NCBI GenBank assembly: GCA_020057295.1
Contig: JAGVGF010000003.1
Location: 128,001 to 192,000 of the forward strand
Reading direction: 5' to 3'
Length of the DNA: 64,000 nucleotides
Source of the DNA: an archaeon
GTDB taxonomy: Archaea; Nanobdellota; Nanobdellia; Woesearchaeales; UBA9642
This document shows, in pieces, positions 28,921 through 37,079 of the stretch. The translations under genes were made by a program, and so were the position numbers. Positions within the stretch are counted from its first letter, which is position 1; every line of letters starts with the position of its first letter. The notes under the pieces are model-generated. The model was not told the DNA's origin, did no database searches, and saw only the letters and a list, made by a program, of their open reading frames with translations.

Positions 28921-30117
28921 TTACATCTTAAAGAATATGCTTTTGATTATTGGTGCGAATATTAATATTAGGATTAATGCTAATGTTATTAGGCTTATTG
29001 TTAACCATATTTTTATTCCTTTATCTTTTCCGTTAGTGTTTATTAATGCCTTATGTAACATTCTTCCACCATCTACTGGACCTAATGGTAATAAATTAGC
29101 AAGGCCAATTCCTAAACTTAATACTACTACTAATTCTGTTAAATTAATTAAGAAGTATAGTATATAGTATATTCCCTTATACCACCATACTTGTGATTTT
29201 AGTTCGTAATTGTCTGTTATCCCGTATATTCCTATATATCCTTTTGTTGAATCTTTAGGACTTGGAGCAGTTATTAGCGTGATTGTCTTATTTGCATTTC
29301 CTATCGTTATTGTTTCATTAGGTTTAACACACGATAATTGTTCTGTTAAATGTTGAGAATTTTTTATTGGAATTCCGTTTAATGTAGTGTATGGAACATT
29401 CTGTTCTATACCATATTTTTGTGCAGGATATCCTTCTTGTAATTGATTGAATGATATTCCAGTTTCAGTAACCATTGTAGAAGTTATTGGATTTAGTACT
29501 AGTAATAATAATATTGCAGCAAATACTGCAAGTATTCCGTTAAAGAATGGTCCGCTAGCAAATATTGATTGTTGAACTACAGAATCTTTCTTTACTAGAT
29601 TTTTTTCGTCAGGTTCTACAAATGCTCCTATTAATGGACCGAAAAATACTATTCCTGTATTTTTAATTTTTAATCCATTAGCTCGCGCAACTATACCATG
29701 ACCGAACTCGTGAAATACAACTACAATAAATAGTGCGATTATACCATACCAGAATGGAATAAATATTGGGCTTCCGGGAATCTGTATGCCTGGAATTACA
29801 AGCGACATTGTTGGTGGTGCTAAGGGTACAAACAATAATTCATACATTCCTTTAATAATATATCCAGATATGACAATCATTCCAAGGAATCCTACGCCTA
29901 TAGCTGAATTTCCAACAATTTTTACAAATTCTTTATGTTTATCTGCAAATTTGTTGATCCATCTAATACCAAAATCTGTACGATATAAGAATATGAATCC
30001 GCTCTCTACTTGAAATTTTTTCTTATTAAGAATTATAATTACGGCTATTAGCAGGTAAAATAGTAGAACCCACTTATATGTTAAAATAAAATTTAATAGT
30101 CCATTGATGAATGCCAT
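28921..30117 (-). CDS. Site-2 protease (M50) with PDZ-like insert
   Basis: HEFGH, GAFVEPD, NLLPLGPVDGG; multiple TM helices. Confidence 0.93.
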   Translation of the reverse strand: MAFINGLLNFILTYKWVLLFYLLIAVIIILNKKKFQVESGFIFLYRTDFGIRWINKFADKHKEFVKIVGNSAIGVGFLGMIVISGYIIKGMYELLFVPLAPPTMSLVIPGIQIPGSPIFIPFWYGIIALFIVVVFHEFGHGIVARANGLKIKNTGIVFFGPLIGAFVEPDEKNLVKKDSVVQQSIFASGPFFNGILAVFAAILLLLVLNPITSTMVTETGISFNQLQEGYPAQKYGIEQNVPYTTLNGIPIKNSQHLTEQLSCVKPNETITIGNANKTITLITAPSPKDSTKGYIGIYGITDNYELKSQVWWYKGIYYILYFLINLTELVVVLSLGIGLANLLPLGPVDGGRMLHKALINTNGKDKGIKIWLTISLITLALILILIFAPIIKSIFFKM

Positions 30118-30149
30118 GATTGTAAAAGAAATAAGTGATATTTAAATCT

Positions 30150-30311
30150 TTACTTCTTCCTAACTGGTCTTAAAGCTCTGCCATTACATTTTCTACAAGT
30201 AACTTCTTTTGCTAATATCTTCATGTTGTCAGATCTAATTTTAGTTTTACATCTTCTACATACAAAGACGTTCTTGTATAATCGTACTTGAGCTTCTGGA
30301 AATTTAACCAT
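30150..30311 (-). CDS. rpl40e: 50S ribosomal protein L40e
   Basis: Not in the ORF track. Manual translation MVKFPEAQVRLYKNVFVCRRCKTKIRSDNMKILAKEVTCRKCNGRALRPVRKK (CxxC...CRKC...LRP). Confidence 0.9.
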   Translation of the reverse strand: MVKFPEAQVRLYKNVFVCRRCKTKIRSDNMKILAKEVTCRKCNGRALRPVRKK

Positions 30312-30348
30312 TTTTTTGCCTCGTTTATGATATTATTGTAATTAAAAT

Positions 30349-30747
30349 TTATTCAGCTTTAATTTGCTTCATTACTCTATCGTTTAATATTTCCCAATAG
30401 ACTACAGTATTGCCTTCTTTTAATTCCGCTTTTAATTCTTCTGGGATTTTTAAGTCGAATGTTTCGAAAGATTCTGAATCCATAACGTTAGCACTTGATC
30501 CATTGATACTTAATACTTGAGCATTTTTCTTCTCAATTATTGGAACATCAATATTATCGTGACCTGGCATTACTAATTCTCTCTTCTTTCCATCAATCAT
30601 ACCTACAGCAGTAAGTCTGACTTTAGCATGACCGTGTTTTCCTGGTCTTGAAGTTTGAGTATCAGATACAATAGATGCTACACCATCTATAACTACATAA
30701 TTTCCTTTCTGTAATGTTGCTACACTCTTTGGTACAGTTTCACCCAT
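30349..30747 (-). CDS. eif5a: Translation factor aIF5A
   Basis: Hypusine motif SRPGKHGHAK. Confidence 0.96.
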   Translation of the reverse strand: MGETVPKSVATLQKGNYVVIDGVASIVSDTQTSRPGKHGHAKVRLTAVGMIDGKKRELVMPGHDNIDVPIIEKKNAQVLSINGSSANVMDSESFETFDLKIPEELKAELKEGNTVVYWEILNDRVMKQIKAE

Positions 30748-30847
30748 AATTTCACCTATAGTTAATCAATATGATATTATTTAGGAGTTTTGGAGCATTT
30801 AAAAATGTTGTGGGTGATAAATGAATTTCACCATGTAGAATAAACAC

Positions 30848-31558
30848 TTACCTATGAGCATTATATTGGTCATGAACTGATAATAGCAGGTTTAAAAAAC
30901 TCTTTTCGTGTGAGTACTCATATTGTCCCCTATTTTTTAAGAAGAATGGTTTTCCTGATGCAAATATCATTCCAAAAGTAAATATTAAAGACGGATTACG
31001 TTCATCCCATGTAAATTCTACATGTGCTGCTTCTCTTAATTGCTCGCGTGTTTCTAATAATAGTTTATATGTTGTTTCTGAAACACTGTCGACAATTTTT
31101 GGAACATTTAAATTGTGAGTTCCATACTTTACCATTACTAATCCTGCAACGTTTCCTAAAGGATGATTGATAAAGTAAGAACCGTTTACAAGATTTATTG
31201 GTGTTTCTTTCATGAATGCCATTCCAGTATCAGCAATACTTCCTTTACTTGTTGGATTAAATACTGCATCAACAGTTCCAGCACTTCCGATTGCTAATCT
31301 ATGCGCCTCGAATATTCTTACCATTTTTACATCGTCTTGTGCTGTATGTCTGTATGGATCATAAACTTTGAATCCATCGTTTTTTCTTTTGTCGACATGA
31401 GTTTGTATTGCTTGTCTTTCTTTTTCTTCAATTCCTGTAACAGATGATAAGAAATATACTCTTTTTTCTTTCTGCGCTTTGAAGAATTCTTCTACTTCTT
31501 TAATATTAGCAGGATTAAATGATCCTTCTTTCAACCATAAACTCGATTCTAAACTCAT
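30848..31558 (-). CDS. Nucleoside 2-deoxyribosyltransferase (NDT)-like protein with degenerate second repeat
   Basis: RVYF, GFKVYDP, AI..A, SKGSIADTGMAF...P; echoed by SLIFTFGMIFASGKP. Confidence 0.65.
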   Translation of the reverse strand: MSLESSLWLKEGSFNPANIKEVEEFFKAQKEKRVYFLSSVTGIEEKERQAIQTHVDKRKNDGFKVYDPYRHTAQDDVKMVRIFEAHRLAIGSAGTVDAVFNPTSKGSIADTGMAFMKETPINLVNGSYFINHPLGNVAGLVMVKYGTHNLNVPKIVDSVSETTYKLLLETREQLREAAHVEFTWDERNPSLIFTFGMIFASGKPFFLKNRGQYEYSHEKSFLNLLLSVHDQYNAHR

Positions 31559-31599
31559 ACTACTAGAAAATAGTTATTATTTTAAAAAGTTGTCTATTA

Positions 31600-32298
31600 T
31601 TAGAATCCTAATAATCTTTTTAGAGAATATTTTTTCTTACGAAGCCATGTATTTAATTCTGATTCCAGCATTCCGAATTTCCTTTCATCATGTCTAAATG
31701 CTGTGGTGTGTGCTTGATGTCGCCCATTCTTAATTTTAAATGTATGTTTCTTATGTAATAACTCGTGATACATTACATAATCTAAAAATTTTTGCTCAGA
31801 GTCAGGCAAATCTTTGAAGATAGTACTCATATATATAGTGTCCGTACTATACTCGTAACTTCCAAGTTTATGAAAACTTTCACTTGCAAATACTAGATTG
31901 GGCTTTTCAATATTTCCTTCGAATAATCTTTCATTTATTCTCTTGTATGATTCTTCTAATTGTGGATCAAAGTCGTGTTTTTTGGCATATTTTGATAATC
32001 CTTTCATGAAACTTTCATATAACTTCATTTCTGATGTGCTTATACTTCTTAGTTTTGTCATCTTTACAATAAGACTTTGTAATAATCCTATCTGTATATC
32101 TTCATCTACATTTTTCCATTCGCGGGAAAGATTGAATTGAATAATGTTTTTACTGTATCTTATATTGCCATTATAATTATTGAAGTGGCCTGAATATTTT
32201 AGTGAGATTCTTCTATTTTGTATTATTTCCTTGCTTGATAAGAATTCTATGCTCGTGACTGCTTTCAAAGCTATTTTGTCTATATTATCCATATTCAA
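31600..32298 (-). CDS. SprT/YgjP(DUF45)-like zinc metallopeptidase
   Basis: LGSY, LDYVMYHELLH...H...F. Confidence 0.8.
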   Translation of the reverse strand: MNMDNIDKIALKAVTSIEFLSSKEIIQNRRISLKYSGHFNNYNGNIRYSKNIIQFNLSREWKNVDEDIQIGLLQSLIVKMTKLRSISTSEMKLYESFMKGLSKYAKKHDFDPQLEESYKRINERLFEGNIEKPNLVFASESFHKLGSYEYSTDTIYMSTIFKDLPDSEQKFLDYVMYHELLHKKHTFKIKNGRHQAHTTAFRHDERKFGMLESELNTWLRKKKYSLKRLLGF

Positions 32299-32392
32299 GG
32301 TTTATGTGAGATGTTTAATAAGTTTATGTATAAGATATTGTTCTTACTTGAAAGTGACTATAAATCGAAACATTTATATATAAGTTATACTT

Positions 32393-32411
32393 ATTACTAC
32401 TAAGTAGTAAT
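32393..32411. promoter_or_regulatory. Perfect palindromic operator candidate ATTACTAC-TAA-GTAGTAAT
   Basis: 8-bp inverted repeat downstream of TTTATATA (32373-32380), over the probable transcription start. Confidence 0.7.
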
Positions 32412-32431
32412 TATTTGATTTGGGGGTATAC

Positions 32432-33562
32432 ATGAATGATGTTTTAGAGAAGGAAAGAGTAATAGTTCAAGAAAAACCTTTTCAAAGAAATTGGACTCAC
32501 GAATATTTAGATCAATTGCTAGATACATTACCACAAATTAATTCTCATAATCCATCTAATCCAGAATGGCGTGAAACACCATTAATAAAATTAGATCTTA
32601 ACAATTACGGTTCTAAAAAGAGAAATGTAAGAGTTCTTGTAAAAAATGAGGCTGACAGAACAAGTAATCCTGAAGGTCTTCTAAAAAATAGAATGGCACA
32701 CGAAGTTGAACCAGTATTTTATAGACATGTAGCAGAACATTTATGGAGACAAAAACTTAATGGACAGTTGCATTTAATTCCATTACCATTACAAACTATG
32801 TGCACAGCAGGAAATGCCGGAATGGTTCTAGCAAAAGCTGCAGAAAAATATGGTTTACCTCCTGTAAAATTATTACTTGACATTCACACTCCTTCAAACA
32901 TTCTTGAAGCATTAAAAAAATCAAGGGCAGATATTTATCTTGCACCCTTAGATAGAAATGTTTTCACAGGAAAAGATGAACCTTACAGCCCATTACAACT
33001 AAGAATTTTAACGAACAATAATACGGGATTTGATACGACTTCTTCACATTCACCGATTAATCCTTTCAAGGATTACTATGATTGGCATTGGCATGAAATA
33101 TTTAATAAGCAACCATCAAGAGTTTATGGTCCATTCGGTACAGGAGATTGGTTCTCAAATGGAATAACATGGCAGAGAGAAACAGTCTATAATGGAGAAA
33201 CACGTAAAGATCCAAGATTAACTGCAGATATTTCTAGAGTAACAGATATTAGTATACTTGCTGCAGAGCCTGAATTACAAACAAGTTTAGCAAGAAAACT
33301 TACAGGATTAAAACCTTTCTTATATTATACAGAGAACGATATTACAGCTATGAAATTATCACGCTTCACAGGAAAAGATACAGGAGTTTACAAAATAAGT
33401 GAAGATTATTTGAAAGAAGGATTCAACATATTAAGTCATGTTGTAGAAACTTCATATGACGGATCTTCAGGAATGGCACTTTTAGTCAAAGATTTTGATG
33501 AAGGAAAATTAAAACCTGGAGAAACATATATTGCAGTAAATACTGGGAGGGGACTAGTATGA
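32432..33562 (+). CDS. Divergent PLP-dependent fold-type II enzyme (threonine synthase/cysteine synthase superfamily)
   Basis: ETPL, VKNE..NPEGLLKNR (PLP Lys), TAGNAG, PFGTG, AAEP, VNTG; GGGGG RBS before ATG 32432. Confidence 0.78.
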   Translation: MNDVLEKERVIVQEKPFQRNWTHEYLDQLLDTLPQINSHNPSNPEWRETPLIKLDLNNYGSKKRNVRVLVKNEADRTSNPEGLLKNRMAHEVEPVFYRHVAEHLWRQKLNGQLHLIPLPLQTMCTAGNAGMVLAKAAEKYGLPPVKLLLDIHTPSNILEALKKSRADIYLAPLDRNVFTGKDEPYSPLQLRILTNNNTGFDTTSSHSPINPFKDYYDWHWHEIFNKQPSRVYGPFGTGDWFSNGITWQRETVYNGETRKDPRLTADISRVTDISILAAEPELQTSLARKLTGLKPFLYYTENDITAMKLSRFTGKDTGVYKISEDYLKEGFNILSHVVETSYDGSSGMALLVKDFDEGKLKPGETYIAVNTGRGLV

Positions 33563-33708
33563 AATACAAAGTCTGCATCTCAGTGGATGAAGAAACGTTA
33601 TTAAAAATCAGAGAACATATACGTAAAGGTAAATTCAGAAATAGATCTCACGCTTTCGAATACGCAATTTCTAAAGAATTCATAGCACAAGGTGATGCTC
33701 ATGAGTAA
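33559..33708 (+). CDS. Ribbon-helix-helix DNA-binding protein (49 aa)
   Basis: Manual translation MKYKVCISVDEETLLKIREHIRKGKFRNRSHAFEYAISKEFIAQGDAHE; overlaps both neighbours. Confidence 0.85.
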   Translation: MKYKVCISVDEETLLKIREHIRKGKFRNRSHAFEYAISKEFIAQGDAHE

Positions 33709-35827
33709 ATCATTAAAAGTTTCACTACAAAAATTACTTGGTAGTAGAGCACACTATTCTTATTTGAGCGATGTTGTATTTCCAGAATTAGAACAACTAG
33801 TGGCTGATAATATTATTGTTCCTCAAGAATTACGTAAAATAAGAGAGAACGTCGAATCTAAAGGTGTTGGTATATTAAATCCTGAAGTATCTTTTAGATC
33901 AGACATAACACGTAATACTTATGAGGCTGATGGTTGGATTGCTGAAACAGTTAATGAACTTGCTCCAGGAGTAAATGTTTCACACATTATTAAGAAATGT
34001 TCATCTAAAGAAGATTTCAAACGTAGTGTTAGAACTTATAGATCACTCGAAAGTGCATTAAAAGATACTCCTTATCAAGGCAAAATTCCTAAACATTTTT
34101 ACGCTATAAAATCAAAAAAAATTATTGACGCGCCTTTTGTAAAGGGAAAAATACTTTCAAGAGAATTAGATGAAAGTTCACAAGAAGACAAAGAAGCGTA
34201 TCTAAAAGGATGTATTGCAGATTATATAGATTTTTACAAATTTTTGAATCAACCTGAAGTTTCTCAGAAATTAGATTTAGGGCAATTATCAGATTTTAAT
34301 GAATTTTTCTTCTTCAAGTATTCAAAGAGCGGACCATTATTCCAATTATATCAGAGGGATATCGGTAATGATCTGAATACCGTTGGTAAGAAAGTTATTC
34401 AAGGAGACTTAGTTCCAACTAACGTTCTACACGGTGCAGAAAATGCATCTGATTTTTCATATGTAGATTGGGGTAATGCAGTAAACAATGGATTTTTAGA
34501 ATTTGATATAGGATATTTATTAAAAAAATCTAAAGTAACTCCTGAAGTTGAAGAGAAATTAGCAAGATATGCTGCAGAATTAGCTTATGATACTTCTGAA
34601 GATAGAGAAAGATCATTTAAGATATATACAAAAAATATGATTACACAAGAATTATTATCTGCTAGAAGATATGTTGATAGATCAAAATCTAAGGATATAA
34701 TTGACTCGGATCAAAGAGTTTCTTTAGAGAATATGGCTTTAGTAAATTATAATCGTGCAGTTGCAAGAACAAGAACTGCTGTAAATCGTGGAATTGTTAG
34801 TCAAGAATTTTTGAATGCTTTAGTTGATCAACCTATCGATGGATTAAAAGTTGTAGAAAATTATGATCACTTACTAAAAGATTGGGATCCAGATGGGTCT
34901 ATGTCGCAAGACAATTTAGTTCCAAAAGATATTACAAAAGCAGAACAATATGATCCAAAAAAGAATTTGAAAGCTATAAAGAAAAGCATATTCCGTGAAA
35001 GATCCCGTTCATTGACTTATTCAGCCTTGAAAATATTTGCTGTAGTCAGCGCTCTAAGTATGGCTGGAGGAATAATCTATAATCAGAATAGGGAAACTGA
35101 AATGCTAAAGGAAGATGCTGAAAAGACAAGAATAAGTTATCTTCAAGATAACACCACAAATTTATACGAAAGTTTATTCAGACGTCAATTCGATCTGGTT
35201 TCGAGAAGATTTGCCGAGGGATACAAGCAACTTAGTTTTAGAGAGAACGACACGAGAATTGACAGTGTAGCAAAAAAATATCAACTTGATCCACAATTAA
35301 TAAGGAATATAATGAAGGTCAATAGAGTATATGCTGGATACACTACTTTGGCTAGTGACCAAACCCTTGATGTTGAGGGAATCAGTGTTGCTGATTGTAT
35401 ATCTATGGCTGACTCAATTAATGAAACGAGACGTATGAGTACGTTTTATTTGCGTGATAATGAGGTAGAATCACTTGATCCTGTCAAGAATCTTGAGGCC
35501 TGTGCGCAAAGATTAAGTAAATATTTTAAAGAAGAAAAAGAAAAAACACCTCTAGAATCTGTAGGTTCATATGAAATATATGTCACAGAGCTCAATAAGC
35601 GTGTCTTAACAAGATTTTTCTTTCCATTTACGGAGAAAAAAGAACTTAATGTTGGAGAAAAAAGTTATCACATGCCTTATGGAGATTTCAGCGAATTAGA
35701 AATGAAAGATATACGTGATAGGGTTGTTAGACAGTTAGTCTATAATGCGATGTATGGAATATCTCACGGCGCGGAGTTCGGGCATTTGTATAGTTCATCA
35801 TTAAAAACCCCTCCGGATAATTTTTAA
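33701..35827 (+). CDS. APH/choline-kinase-like phosphotransferase + TM helix + lytic transglycosylase (SLT)-like domain
   Basis: IIKK, QGDLVPTNVL, YVDWG, FDIGYL; TM IFAVVSALSMAGGII; IDSVAKKYQLDPQLIRNIMKVN...DPVKNLEACAQRL. Confidence 0.75.
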   Translation: MSKSLKVSLQKLLGSRAHYSYLSDVVFPELEQLVADNIIVPQELRKIRENVESKGVGILNPEVSFRSDITRNTYEADGWIAETVNELAPGVNVSHIIKKCSSKEDFKRSVRTYRSLESALKDTPYQGKIPKHFYAIKSKKIIDAPFVKGKILSRELDESSQEDKEAYLKGCIADYIDFYKFLNQPEVSQKLDLGQLSDFNEFFFFKYSKSGPLFQLYQRDIGNDLNTVGKKVIQGDLVPTNVLHGAENASDFSYVDWGNAVNNGFLEFDIGYLLKKSKVTPEVEEKLARYAAELAYDTSEDRERSFKIYTKNMITQELLSARRYVDRSKSKDIIDSDQRVSLENMALVNYNRAVARTRTAVNRGIVSQEFLNALVDQPIDGLKVVENYDHLLKDWDPDGSMSQDNLVPKDITKAEQYDPKKNLKAIKKSIFRERSRSLTYSALKIFAVVSALSMAGGIIYNQNRETEMLKEDAEKTRISYLQDNTTNLYESLFRRQFDLVSRRFAEGYKQLSFRENDTRIDSVAKKYQLDPQLIRNIMKVNRVYAGYTTLASDQTLDVEGISVADCISMADSINETRRMSTFYLRDNEVESLDPVKNLEACAQRLSKYFKEEKEKTPLESVGSYEIYVTELNKRVLTRFFFPFTEKKELNVGEKSYHMPYGDFSELEMKDIRDRVVRQLVYNAMYGISHGAEFGHLYSSSLKTPPDNF

Positions 35828-36729
35828 TTAATATTCAGTAACTGTCCCATTATTTTTATGATATGTTCTGTGATAGTTTCAAAATGTTTTAATATTATTA
35901 TTTCGGAATTTTTTATTTTAGAATTTTCTAATTGTTTGTTTATTTCTTTTATTATTTTGTCTCTCTCTACAGCTATTTGTACAGCTTGATCGAAGTTGAA
36001 TTTTAGAAATAATTTTTGCATCTCTTTATTGTAACTATTTATATTTTGATATATTGAAATAAATTCTTTATTTAATTGCATATTGTTTTCTGTAATGTAT
36101 TTGTTTAGCTTTTTATATTCGTCCGCTATCTCTTCTATCAAAAACAATGCGCAATACAGTACTGCTGTTTTCTTATGATCTGAATGTCCCTTCTTGTTTA
36201 GTATTCTAAAACAATAGTCTGTGAATTTATTGATATTTTTTTCAATATCTGATGTGTATTCTAAGTCTGTATTTTTTTCTTGAATTGTTTTTAGGCTTTC
36301 ATCAGATAATGTGTTGAGTAGATATAATACTCTTTTTATTATATTTTCAAAATTGTCTTCTCCTGCGGATGCCATATCTTTGATTATTATTCTGTCTTTT
36401 CCTTGATCTATTATTTCTACTCCTATTAATTCGTCAACTCTTCGTTGTATGATTCTTGATTTATCTAGTGTATCAAATATTACTTCTATTTCATCATTGC
36501 CTTTTAGATATCTTGAAACTAAAATTCTTTTCATTAACTTATCATATTTTGATAGATCTATTATTTCTCTTACTACTGAGCCTTTTCCATCTGTTGTAAT
36601 TACTAAACTACTGTTTTCTTGTTCTACGTTTATCTCATCGCCAGGCTTCAAATTTGTTGTTTTGAACCATTTACTTGGTAGACTTATGACCATTGTTGCT
36701 GGTCCTAATTTCATTATTTTCCGCTTCAT
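35824..36729 (-). CDS. AbrB-domain/PhoU-like regulator
   Basis: MKRKIMKLGPATMVISLPSKW..LKPGDEI, YLKGNDEI, GVEII, INKFTDYCFR; paralogue of 22611-23522. Confidence 0.87.
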   Translation of the reverse strand: MKRKIMKLGPATMVISLPSKWFKTTNLKPGDEINVEQENSSLVITTDGKGSVVREIIDLSKYDKLMKRILVSRYLKGNDEIEVIFDTLDKSRIIQRRVDELIGVEIIDQGKDRIIIKDMASAGEDNFENIIKRVLYLLNTLSDESLKTIQEKNTDLEYTSDIEKNINKFTDYCFRILNKKGHSDHKKTAVLYCALFLIEEIADEYKKLNKYITENNMQLNKEFISIYQNINSYNKEMQKLFLKFNFDQAVQIAVERDKIIKEINKQLENSKIKNSEIIILKHFETITEHIIKIMGQLLNIN

Positions 36730-36845
36730 AACAATGGTTAAGCACAAATAATATATAAATATTTCGAATTTATCTATATATCTATATACATATATAGTAT
36801 ATATTAAAAAAATATATATAAGTGGTTGCTGTTTCTATATTAAAC

Positions 36846-36945
36846 GTCACTACTACAAAGATACAACCATTGTTCGGGGGTAAAAACGTGTAGTGCCAAA
36901 TGGGGGATAGCAAACAAGACAGAAATGTCAAAAAACTATTTCTCA
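36846..36945 (+). promoter_or_regulatory. Structured 5' leader (candidate cis-regulatory RNA) of the liv cluster
   Basis: CACTAC/GTAGTG stem; TGGGGGATAG/CTATTTCTCA stem with G-U pairs enclosing a GACA-GAAA-TGTC GNRA hairpin. Confidence 0.45.
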
Positions 36946-36967
36946 AAAAAATTCACATTAAAAAACT

Positions 36968-37079
36968 ACGGGGGAAAAATAAAATGAATAAAACAATAAT
37001 TGGAATGTTTAGTTTATTTTTAGTAGCTTTATTTATAGTTGGATGTACACAAACACCAACTGGACCAACAGGTCAAGTA
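36968..37079 (+). repeat. 112-bp direct repeat, copy 1 (RBS + lipoprotein signal peptide)
   Basis: Matches 38154-38265 with 5 mismatches. Confidence 0.95.

Noticed and set aside
36771-36820. CTATATA-CA-TATATAG palindrome and TA run between the AbrB-PhoU gene and the liv cluster
   Set aside because: Low-complexity TA sequence overlapping divergent TATA boxes. It could be an operator but cannot be distinguished from background.
36900-36983. 28-aa N-terminal extension of the first binding protein
   Set aside because: The paralogue at 38170 starts at the equivalent MNKT with an identical RBS, so the true start is 36984.
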